In this document: positions 49,500 to 57,662 of the stretch, piece after piece
Layout of the letters: each line of letters opens with the position of its first letter
Numbering within the stretch: position 1 is the stretch's first letter
NCBI GenBank assembly: GCA_965277405.1
Contig: OZ255726.1
Location: 1,920,001 to 1,984,000, forward strand
Direction of reading: 5' to 3'
From: Gammaproteobacteria bacterium
GTDB taxonomy: Bacteria; Pseudomonadota; Gammaproteobacteria; G965277405
DNA: 64,000 nucleotides
The notes under the pieces: model-generated
Seen by the model: the letters and a program-made list of their open reading frames with translations, nothing else
Databases searched by the model: none
What the model was told of the DNA's origin: nothing
Position numbers and translations under genes: made by a program

Positions 49500-50084
49500 G
49501 CGGCTGGTGCGATACCAGTTGCAATATTGGTTGGTGGATATTCAACACGGATGGGCAAGGATAAAAGCACCATGTGTTTTATGAACATACCGCAATATCA
49601 ACATTTACTGAACCAGTTTGACGCGCGCTACGATGTTTGGCTGATTGGCAGAGCTGAGCAACGTGGGCAATATGACTACGGGCAATTTACTCTTGATGAT
49701 CCAGCGTATTGTGGACCGTTGGCAGGTGTGGTCGCCGCCTTAAAAATGGCGCAACGGCATCGATTAACGCAAGTTGCGATATTGGCGTGTGATCAACCAT
49801 TGGTGAATGAAGAAATGCTTGTATATTTATTTGATCAAGGGGGAAAGGCTGGTACAATAGCCTATCGGACAATCCAGCATATCGAACCTTTTCCCAGCAT
49901 TTGGCATACGAATGCCTTAACGGTTATTCAGGCACATCAAGGGAAATATACATTGCAGAAAATGCTGCGAAAATGTGCGGTGTATGGTGTCGAAGTAAAT
50001 AATTGGCAACACCATGTAAATATTAATACCTTAGATGAATTAGCAGTTTTCAAAGGTAACCAAGGGGTAGTTGCACATGAATGA
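49500..50084 (+). CDS. mobA: Molybdenum cofactor guanylyltransferase (start codon uncertain)
   Basis: AILVGGYSTRMGKDK, GPLAG, ACDQP, NINT..EL. Confidence 0.82.
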   Translation, partial: AAGAIPVAILVGGYSTRMGKDKSTMCFMNIPQYQHLLNQFDARYDVWLIGRAEQRGQYDYGQFTLDDPAYCGPLAGVVAALKMAQRHRLTQVAILACDQPLVNEEMLVYLFDQGGKAGTIAYRTIQHIEPFPSIWHTNALTVIQAHQGKYTLQKMLRKCAVYGVEVNNWQHHVNINTLDELAVFKGNQGVVAHE

Positions 50085-50562
50085 TTCGTGGAATGTGGCA
50101 AAGTCACAGCAAATTATTGATAAGTGGCAAAATGAGCCTGGTGCCTTGCTGCCACTATTAACCGAGGTATTGGACACGTTTGGCTATGTCGATCGCCAAA
50201 TAATCCCACTGATTGCCAAGACTTTAAATATAGCAACTTCACAAGTGTATGGAACAATAACGTTCTATCATGAATTTCGCGACAGCGTGCCCCTCGCCAA
50301 GCACCTACAGGTTTGCTGCGCTGAGGCGTGTCAATCGATGGGTAGCAATGACTTAGTTTTGCATTTGCAGCAACGCGGGTTGACAATAGATAGTGACAAT
50401 AATCAACAAGAGATTACCGTTTCTAAAGTATATTGTCTTGGCAATTGCGCCTGTGCTCCAGCTGCGGTGTATCAGTCACAAGTATATGGTCGGGTGTCGA
50501 CGACACAACTTGATAGCTGGGTTGATGCACCGTTGCAACGGCAACAATTGGCGCGATCATGA
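50077..50562 (+). CDS. fdsG: NAD-dependent formate dehydrogenase gamma subunit (NuoE-like)
   Basis: GALLPLL, TFYH.FR, C.AEACQSMG, CLGNCACAP. Confidence 0.9.
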   Translation: MNDSWNVAKSQQIIDKWQNEPGALLPLLTEVLDTFGYVDRQIIPLIAKTLNIATSQVYGTITFYHEFRDSVPLAKHLQVCCAEACQSMGSNDLVLHLQQRGLTIDSDNNQQEITVSKVYCLGNCACAPAAVYQSQVYGRVSTTQLDSWVDAPLQRQQLARS

Positions 50563-52061
50563 ACATATTCATACCACAAGATACCTCAGCAAAATCCATG
50601 GGGGCAGACGCTGTAGCCGCAACAATTGCGCAAACATACCCTGCAGCAACGGTTATTCGCAATGGCTCACATGGCTGTGCATGGCTTGAACCATTGGTAG
50701 AAGTTGAGATAAACAGCGAGCGTCATGCATTTGCAAACATGGATGTTGCCAGTGTTGCCGCGCTGTTTAATGGTGATGTACTCGATACAAAACACGATAA
50801 ATATGTGGGTAAGACGCTCGAGCTTGAGTATTGGCAGCATCAAAATCGGCAAATATTCAAGCGTTGCGGTTGGATTGACCCGCTTAATTTTGATGCATGG
50901 CGGCAACTCGGTGGCGGGGCAGGTATTGCCAAAGCCTTGCAACAAACACCACAGGCAATCATTGACGAAGTCAAGGTGTCAGGACTGCGCGGTCGTGGTG
51001 GCGCAGGCTTTCCTACTGGCATTAAATGGCAGACAGTGCTCGATGCCCAAGCAACGCAAAAATACATTGTATGCAATGCCGATGAAGGTGATAGCGGCAC
51101 GTTTGCCGACCGGATGCTGATGGAAGGTGACCCGCTGACGTTGATTGAAGGAATGGCAATAGCCGGCATTGCCACGCAGGCAACGCAGGGATATATTTAT
51201 ATTCGTTCCGAATATCCGCTCGCCATTAAAATTTTTCAACAGGGCGTTGACCTCGCGCGCCAGCACGGATTATTAGGGGAGTATGACGATACGCATTCAT
51301 TTGATATAACAGTCCGCAGCGGTGCAGGGGCGTATATATGCGGAGAAGAAACATCATTGCTCGAAAGCCTCGAAGGCAAAGCAGGCACAATTCGTTTTAA
51401 GCCGCCAATCCCTGCAATGCAAGGTTTGTTTGGGATGCCAACGGTGATCAATAATGTCCTCACCTGCGCAGCAATTCCAGCTATCATCAGTGCTGGAGGA
51501 GCAGCGTATGCCAAACTTGGCACTGGCAGATCATTAGGAACGCTCGCGGTGCAACTTGCAGGCAATATTGCCCAAGGTGGGCTGTATGAAGTCGATTTTG
51601 GCATCTCGCTGGCGACCATGATTAACGATATTGGTAAAGGTACGTACACTGGAAAATCAGTGCGTGCAGTGCAAGTTGGTGGCCCGCTTGGAGCATATCT
51701 TCCTGCTGAAAAACTTGATTTGGCGATGGATTATGAAGTTTTTGCCGAGCAAGGCTTCATGCTCGGGCACGGCGGAGTAGTGGTGTTTGATGAAACTGTG
51801 GACATGCGTGCCCAAGCGCGTTTTGCCATGCAGTTTTGTGCAGATGAATCGTGTGGGAAATGTACCCCGTGTAGGATTGGCTCGACGCGTGGCGTCGAAC
51901 TTATCGACGCGTATAAAGTTGAAAAAAAACCACAGCACATCGAAGTGCTCAGAGAATTATGCGACACAATGATGAACACCTCATTGTGTGCAATGGGGGG
52001 GCTAACACCGATGCCGGTGTTGTCTGCGCTCGATGCATTTGCCGAAGATTTTGAAAAATAG
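50559..52061 (+). CDS. fdsB: NAD-dependent formate dehydrogenase beta subunit (NuoF-like)
   Basis: SGLRGRGGAGFPTG, NADEGDSGTF, GAGAYICGEET, ESCGKCTPCR. Confidence 0.92.
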   Translation: MNIFIPQDTSAKSMGADAVAATIAQTYPAATVIRNGSHGCAWLEPLVEVEINSERHAFANMDVASVAALFNGDVLDTKHDKYVGKTLELEYWQHQNRQIFKRCGWIDPLNFDAWRQLGGGAGIAKALQQTPQAIIDEVKVSGLRGRGGAGFPTGIKWQTVLDAQATQKYIVCNADEGDSGTFADRMLMEGDPLTLIEGMAIAGIATQATQGYIYIRSEYPLAIKIFQQGVDLARQHGLLGEYDDTHSFDITVRSGAGAYICGEETSLLESLEGKAGTIRFKPPIPAMQGLFGMPTVINNVLTCAAIPAIISAGGAAYAKLGTGRSLGTLAVQLAGNIAQGGLYEVDFGISLATMINDIGKGTYTGKSVRAVQVGGPLGAYLPAEKLDLAMDYEVFAEQGFMLGHGGVVVFDETVDMRAQARFAMQFCADESCGKCTPCRIGSTRGVELIDAYKVEKKPQHIEVLRELCDTMMNTSLCAMGGLTPMPVLSALDAFAEDFEK

Positions 52062-52082
52062 CGTTGTATTAGGAGAAACAGC

Positions 52083-54905
52083 ATGTATCAAGATATAGAT
52101 TATGGCACACCAGCTGTTGAGTCAGCTACAACTGTTCAACTCAAGGTAGATGGCGCAGTTGTTAATGTGGCTGCGGGAACATCGATTATGCGCGCGGCGA
52201 TTGCAACAGGCGTGCATATTCCAAAACTATGCGCCACCGACAGCTTAGAAGCGTTTGGCTCGTGTCGCTTGTGTGTCGTAACTATTGCAGGGAGAAAGCA
52301 GCCCGTTGCTTCGTGCCATACACCTGTCAGCAACGGCATGGAAGTCATCACCCAATCCGACGCGTTAGCCAAGTGGCGAAAATCATTGATGGAGCTATAT
52401 ATTTCTGACCATCCGCTCGACTGCCTAACCTGCGCTGCCAATGGCGATTGTGAACTGCAAGATATGGCAGGTGTTGTCGGGCTGCGCGATGTGCGTTTTC
52501 CCAAACAAGGGAAAAATCATTTAGACCAAGTTCAAGATGAATCAAACCCATATTTTACCTATGACCCTTCCAAGTGCATCGTCTGCTCGCGGTGTGTGCG
52601 TGCCTGTGATGAAATTCAAAATACCGTCGCCCTGACAATCGATGGACGCGGCTTTGCGAGTAAAATTGCAGCTGGTGCCAATCAATCTTTTTTTGAATCT
52701 GACTGTGTCTCATGCGGAGCATGTGTGCAGGTGTGCCCAACCGCGACGTTGATGGAAAACAGCGTCATTGCCAATGGTTTAGGTGAGAACATAGTCAAAA
52801 CAACGTGTGCGTACTGTGGGGTTGGCTGCAGTTTTGATGCCCATTTACAAGGGAATAAAGTCGTACGCATGGTGCCGAGTAAAGACGGCAAAGCCAATGC
52901 AGGGCATTCGTGCATCAAAGGTCGGTTTGCTTGGGACTATGTCAATCACCGCGATAGAGTAACAACCCCGCTGATTCGTGATTCGATCGACGAACCTTTT
53001 AAAAAAGTAAGTTGGGATGAAGCTATCGGCTTTGTCGCTAAGCGTTTTGGCGATATTAAAAAGCAACACGGGCCGCATGCACTGGGGGGGATTACCTCAT
53101 CGCGCTGCACCAACGAAGAAACGTATTTAGTGCAAAAATTAGTCCGTGCAGCAATGGGGACGCATAATGTCGACACCTGTGCGCGCGTCTGTCATTCCCC
53201 AACTGGGTATGGCCTGAAAAACACTTTCGGGACCTCGGCTGGCACACAAGATTTCGCCTCGATTGACCACAGCGATGTTATTTTGCTCGTTGGCGCCAAT
53301 CCAACCGATGCGCATCCGGTATTTGCAGCAAGGATGAAAAAACGCCTGCGTCAAGGTGCAAAACTGGTGGTGATTGACCCGCGTAAGATAGCGTTAGTCA
53401 AGACGGCGTATATTGAGGCAGATGTCCATTTACCGCTGCGCCCAGGCACGAATGTAGCTGTTATGAATGCCATAGCCCACGCCGTGGTTCGCAATAATTG
53501 GCAAGATACTGCTTTTATTGCGCAACGCTGCGACGACGAGCATTTCCAGCAATGGTTAAAATTTATTCAACAGTCAGAAAACTCGCCTGAAGTCGTTGCA
53601 AAATACGCCAACGTCCGTGTTGAGGATGTTATTCGCGCGGCAGAAATCTTTGCAACTGGAGGCAATGGAGCAATATATTATGGACTTGGCGTTACCGAAC
53701 ACAGCCAAGGCTCGTCGATGGTGATAGCGATTGCTAATTTGGCAATGTTAACTGGAAATATCGGCAAACAAGGTGTTGGAGTAAACCCCCTGCGTGGGCA
53801 AAATAATGTGCAAGGAGCGTGTGACATGGGGTCGTTTCCGCATGAGTTTCCAGGGTATCGTCATGTGAGTGACGCAGCTGTGCGCGGCATCTATGAAAAA
53901 GAATGGAATGTGACACTCGGGAGCACGCCTGGTCTGCGTATCCCCAATATGTTTGACGCTGCTTTGGCAGGAACGTTTCTAGGGTTGTATATCCAAGGTG
54001 AAGACCTGCTGCAATCTGACCCCAATACCCACCATGTTAGCGCGGCGCTGCGCGCGATGGAATGTATCGTCGTCCATGATATTTTTATGAACGAGACATC
54101 TAAATTTGCCCATGTTGTCTTGCCTGGCGCATCATTTTTAGAGAAAAACGGCACATTTACCAACGCCGAGCGCCGTATCAATCGTGTCCGTAAAGCGGTC
54201 GAACCAATCGCTGGAATGGAAGACTGGCAAGTCACCGCCGCGATATCTAAGGCGATGGGGTATCCGATGGAATACCAGCATCCAAGTGAAATTATGGATG
54301 AAATAGCGCGGACCACGCCATCTTTTGCTGGGGTAAGTTATCAGAAATTAGACGAAGTAGGCAGCCTGCAATGGCCGTGTAACGCAGCCCATCCAGATGG
54401 TTCGCCAATCATGCATGTCGGCGAGTTTGTTATTGGACAAGGAAAATTTATGCTGACAGAATATGTACCAACTGAAGAAAAAACCAACCGCAAGTTTCCA
54501 CTATTGCTAACGACAGGGCGAATATTGGTGCAATACAACGTCGGTGCGCAAACCAGACGCACCGCAAATTCGCGGTGGCATGACCAAGATTTGCTAGAAA
54601 TTCACCCAAGCGATGCACAGACCAGAGGAATATCAAGCGGAGACCATGTTGCAATGCAAAGCAGGGTTGGCACCACAACCCTGATGGCTGTCATCAGTGA
54701 ACGCATGCAGCCAGGTGTTGTCTACACCACGTTTCATTTTCCTGAATCTGGAGCAAATATCGTAACTACTGATTATTCTGATTGGGCGACAAACTGCCCT
54801 GAATATAAAGTCACCGCAGTCGAGATACGCCCAGCAACCCAGCATGCTACAGCTACAGGCACAACCACAACCACAGCCACAACCACAGCAGTAGCAACTG
54901 CATAA
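52083..54905 (+). CDS. fdsA: NAD-dependent formate dehydrogenase alpha subunit (Mo-bis-PGD, Cys ligand)
   Basis: N-terminal Fe-S motifs, CAYCGVGC, CARVCHSPT, PLRGQNNVQG, TNCPEYK. Confidence 0.93.
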   Translation: MYQDIDYGTPAVESATTVQLKVDGAVVNVAAGTSIMRAAIATGVHIPKLCATDSLEAFGSCRLCVVTIAGRKQPVASCHTPVSNGMEVITQSDALAKWRKSLMELYISDHPLDCLTCAANGDCELQDMAGVVGLRDVRFPKQGKNHLDQVQDESNPYFTYDPSKCIVCSRCVRACDEIQNTVALTIDGRGFASKIAAGANQSFFESDCVSCGACVQVCPTATLMENSVIANGLGENIVKTTCAYCGVGCSFDAHLQGNKVVRMVPSKDGKANAGHSCIKGRFAWDYVNHRDRVTTPLIRDSIDEPFKKVSWDEAIGFVAKRFGDIKKQHGPHALGGITSSRCTNEETYLVQKLVRAAMGTHNVDTCARVCHSPTGYGLKNTFGTSAGTQDFASIDHSDVILLVGANPTDAHPVFAARMKKRLRQGAKLVVIDPRKIALVKTAYIEADVHLPLRPGTNVAVMNAIAHAVVRNNWQDTAFIAQRCDDEHFQQWLKFIQQSENSPEVVAKYANVRVEDVIRAAEIFATGGNGAIYYGLGVTEHSQGSSMVIAIANLAMLTGNIGKQGVGVNPLRGQNNVQGACDMGSFPHEFPGYRHVSDAAVRGIYEKEWNVTLGSTPGLRIPNMFDAALAGTFLGLYIQGEDLLQSDPNTHHVSAALRAMECIVVHDIFMNETSKFAHVVLPGASFLEKNGTFTNAERRINRVRKAVEPIAGMEDWQVTAAISKAMGYPMEYQHPSEIMDEIARTTPSFAGVSYQKLDEVGSLQWPCNAAHPDGSPIMHVGEFVIGQGKFMLTEYVPTEEKTNRKFPLLLTTGRILVQYNVGAQTRRTANSRWHDQDLLEIHPSDAQTRGISSGDHVAMQSRVGTTTLMAVISERMQPGVVYTTFHFPESGANIVTTDYSDWATNCPEYKVTAVEIRPATQHATATGTTTTTATTTAVATA

Positions 54906-55127
54906 ATGATGGATAGCCAACGGATTGCCGACCTTGCCAACCAAATAGCCAGCAATCAAACAGCTTATCCACAGCAGGTAGCTGTGCAACGCGTCGGTGA
55001 GCATATTGTTAGTTTTTGGGAACAACGGATGTGTGTCATCTTGCAGCAAATATGGAAACTCCACCCAGATATGTTACATGAGTATGTGATTGGAGCTATG
55101 CCGCTGGTGATTGCTAAGCGTTTGTGA
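54906..55127 (+). CDS. fdsD: Formate dehydrogenase delta subunit
   Basis: ANQIA...V.EHI..FW..RM. Confidence 0.85.
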   Translation: MMDSQRIADLANQIASNQTAYPQQVAVQRVGEHIVSFWEQRMCVILQQIWKLHPDMLHEYVIGAMPLVIAKRL

Positions 55128-55148
55128 ATGCCGCAGTGGTAGGCTAGG

Positions 55149-55701
55149 TTATCTAAACAAATCGCTATGGCTGCCAGTACGGCGCAGAATCAATTCTTCT
55201 GCGCCGTATTCATACACAAGCAGCCAGTTTGGTTGTATGTGGCATTCCCATACATCAACATAATTTCCAGCAAGTTTATGCATTCGCGCGTGAGCAGGAA
55301 GTATTTTATCATCAGCTAAGGAACCTCTGATTAAGTCGCTGATGGAGCGAGTTTGCCTGCAATTGCTGATGATTGCAAGGCGCATTCCGCAGGCGCATGC
55401 CGTAGCATATACGCCAAGGGATGCAACACAGCAAGTACCGCTGCAGCAAACCGTTATATATTCAACAGAAGGACGGGAAAAAACGCTGCGCTAACGTCGT
55501 TGCAGCACTTGATAATACGACCAGTATTATCTGCGCACTGCGTCTAGTTATCATCAGCGTTTTTTCTCCGTCTCGCCCATCATGGACTTAATCAGAGGTT
55601 CTTAACAGTTCCACAAAATGTTTGAGCTTGTGTATTTCAAAATTACGTTTTTTTGCCAGTTTGTAATCTTTCTTAAATGCTGTTGTCCATACTACTAATC
55701 T
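55149..55701 (-). pseudogene. yafQ: YafQ-family (RelE superfamily) toxin interrupted by a MITE
   Basis: 5' half VVWTTAFKKDYKLAKKRNFEIHKLKHFVELL and 3' half ADDKILP...HKLAGNY...ECHIQPNWLLVY...RTGSHSDLF rejoin in frame when 55320-55602 plus the duplicated TAA is removed. Confidence 0.9.
55320..55602 (+). mobile_element. Full-length MITE (~283 bp)
   Basis: TAA|GGAACCTCTGATTAAGTC...GACTTAATCAGAGGTTCT|TAA; no transposase. Confidence 0.93.
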
Positions 55702-55719
55702 CGCTGAGTGAAGTTCTGA

Positions 55720-55983
55720 TTAAGTATCATCAGCATCTAAATCGGCGAACATGTTATCAAGGTTTGTATAGCGTTTCGCCTTGCTGATATCTTCATGTAA
55801 TGCCGCAACTGTTTTTTCATTTGGAATTTTGAGTTCAAACGGAATACCACCTTGCCTGACTATTTGAGTATAAAACATGTTGATAGCCTGCGAAGGCTTG
55901 ATACCAATCTGCAAAAGAATGTTATCTGCTGTATTTTTTAGTTTGGCATCAATACGAGCACTAATGCGAGCTTCTTGAGTCAT
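55720..55983 (-). CDS. dinJ: DinJ/RelB-family antitoxin
   Basis: ISARIDAKLK..A..IL..IG...SQAINMF..QI....GIPFELKIPN..T. Confidence 0.9.
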   Translation of the reverse strand: MTQEARISARIDAKLKNTADNILLQIGIKPSQAINMFYTQIVRQGGIPFELKIPNEKTVAALHEDISKAKRYTNLDNMFADLDADDT

Positions 55984-56106
55984 GTCTATTATCGAAAATT
56001 ATTAAGAAAGAAAAGGTAGGCAGATACCCATGTATATTATTGTACGCCAAATAACACCCAAAGACAAGATGATAACTTAGCTTCATTAAGCAAAGTGCGC
56101 AGCTAA

Positions 56107-56391
56107 GGAACCTCTGATTAAGTCGCTGATGGAGCGAGTTTGCCTACAATTGCTGATGATTGCAAGGCGCATTCCGCAGGCGCATGCCGTAGCATATACG
56201 CCAAGGGATGCAACACAGCAAGTACCGCTTGTAGGCAAACCATCATATATTCAATAGAAGGCCGGGAAAAAACGCTGCGCTAACGTCGTTGCAGCACTTG
56301 ATAATACCACCAGTATTATCTGCGCACTGCGTCTAGTTATCATCAGCGTTTTTTCTCCGTCTCGCCCATCATGGACTTAATCAGAGGTTCT
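56107..56391 (+). mobile_element. Full-length MITE (~285 bp) with CTAA target duplication
   Basis: CTAA|GGAACCTCTGATTAAGTC...GACTTAATCAGAGGTTCT|CTAA; near-identical to the 55320 copy. Confidence 0.93.
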
Positions 56392-56436
56392 CTAACATTG
56401 GTGGGTATTAACAAGCGCTTTAGTACATCAGCTTCC

Positions 56437-56838
56437 CTAATTTTTGAGGATTTGTTGGGTAGTGATTTGCAGCTTTTTAAAACCAAGTTGTGCCGCAACA
56501 TCCATGACTTTAACCACAAATTGATGCTGGGTTTCTTTATCAGCACTAATAACCAGCGGCGTATCACGGTGGCTGTCGAATAATAATAAATATAACGCAT
56601 TATCATCGAGTTGTCGGTGTTGATAGCTGATTGTCCCCGCAGCATCGATTGAAATTTCTAAAAAATTTTGCTTAGATACCTGACTTGCAGCGCCAGATTG
56701 CGGCAGATCCAGCCCGAGATATTGTTGTTTGACAAATACCGTTGATACCATAAAAAACACCAGCAGCAAAAACACCACATCGATGAGCGGGGTGAGGTTG
56801 ATATCAACGGCAGCAGTCGTGCTTTTAAAGCGGCGCAT
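56437..56838 (-). CDS. exbD: ExbD/TolR biopolymer transport protein
   Basis: INLTPLIDVVFLLLVFFM, ISAD, VVKVMD. Confidence 0.92.
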   Translation of the reverse strand: MRRFKSTTAAVDINLTPLIDVVFLLLVFFMVSTVFVKQQYLGLDLPQSGAASQVSKQNFLEISIDAAGTISYQHRQLDDNALYLLLFDSHRDTPLVISADKETQHQFVVKVMDVAAQLGFKKLQITTQQILKN

Positions 56839-56846
56839 GGCTATGT

Positions 56847-57662
56847 TTAAGTTGATTCATCGTGCTGGGCATCAAATGAGCGCACCAGCTGATCCAATGA
56901 GCTGGATGTATTCGATGCTGTTGCTTTGATTGCTGCGTTGTTACCCGCAACTGGTTTTTTTCTTATTTTTTTTGAGCGTGTTGTTGCAACGGTGTTTTGC
57001 GGCATACCGTGTTGCTTTGTTGTTGCCGGTTGTGTTGGCGCGATATGTTGGGATGCGCCAACTGACGACTGCCCCGAAAATCCTTGCACGTGCAGTTTGA
57101 GTGCCAGAAAAATATCTTGTTCAATTTGCAATACTAAGGTTTCGCTGCGGCGCATCAGCAATCTATGCGCCAGTAGCGCAGGAATGGCAATAGATATACC
57201 AATGACTGTCGTTAGCAACGCACTGCTGATGCCATGAGCGAGAATGTTCTCAATATTGTTTTCTGAAATCGTCGAAAACGCCTGCATAATGCCAATAACT
57301 GTCCCGAGTAACCCCAATAAAGGCGTGATTGTGGCAATGCTACCCAGCGTGCTCAAAAAGCGTTGCAGTTTATGGATGGTATAATCGCCCTCAACATTGA
57401 TGGCATTGCGGATAGCTTCGCTGCCAAAATGGATTTGGCTCAACCCCGCGTTCACCATCACCAGCCAAGGTGCGCTGATTGCCACATAGGTTGAGCCAGT
57501 ATTGAGATATTGTTGGAGCTCGTGGCATGAATACAGCGACTGCAACCGCATCGTCCACAGCCGCTCAATAATGATTGCAGCCGCTATAAAACCGCATCCG
57601 TAGAGTCCGGAAAACACCAAGGAATAGAAGCTATTAAATAACGCTGGTTGAATGTCTGCCAT
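56847..57662 (-). CDS. exbB: MotA/TolQ/ExbB proton channel protein
   Basis: IERL, PLLGLLGTV.GI..AF, GIS.ALLTT..G..IAIPA. Confidence 0.9.
   Translation of the reverse strand: MADIQPALFNSFYSLVFSGLYGCGFIAAAIIIERLWTMRLQSLYSCHELQQYLNTGSTYVAISAPWLVMVNAGLSQIHFGSEAIRNAINVEGDYTIHKLQRFLSTLGSIATITPLLGLLGTVIGIMQAFSTISENNIENILAHGISSALLTTVIGISIAIPALLAHRLLMRRSETLVLQIEQDIFLALKLHVQGFSGQSSVGASQHIAPTQPATTKQHGMPQNTVATTRSKKIRKKPVAGNNAAIKATASNTSSSLDQLVRSFDAQHDEST

Noticed and set aside
53175-53200. Selenocysteine formate dehydrogenase
   Set aside because: Active-site codon is TGT (Cys) in CARVCH; no in-frame TGA
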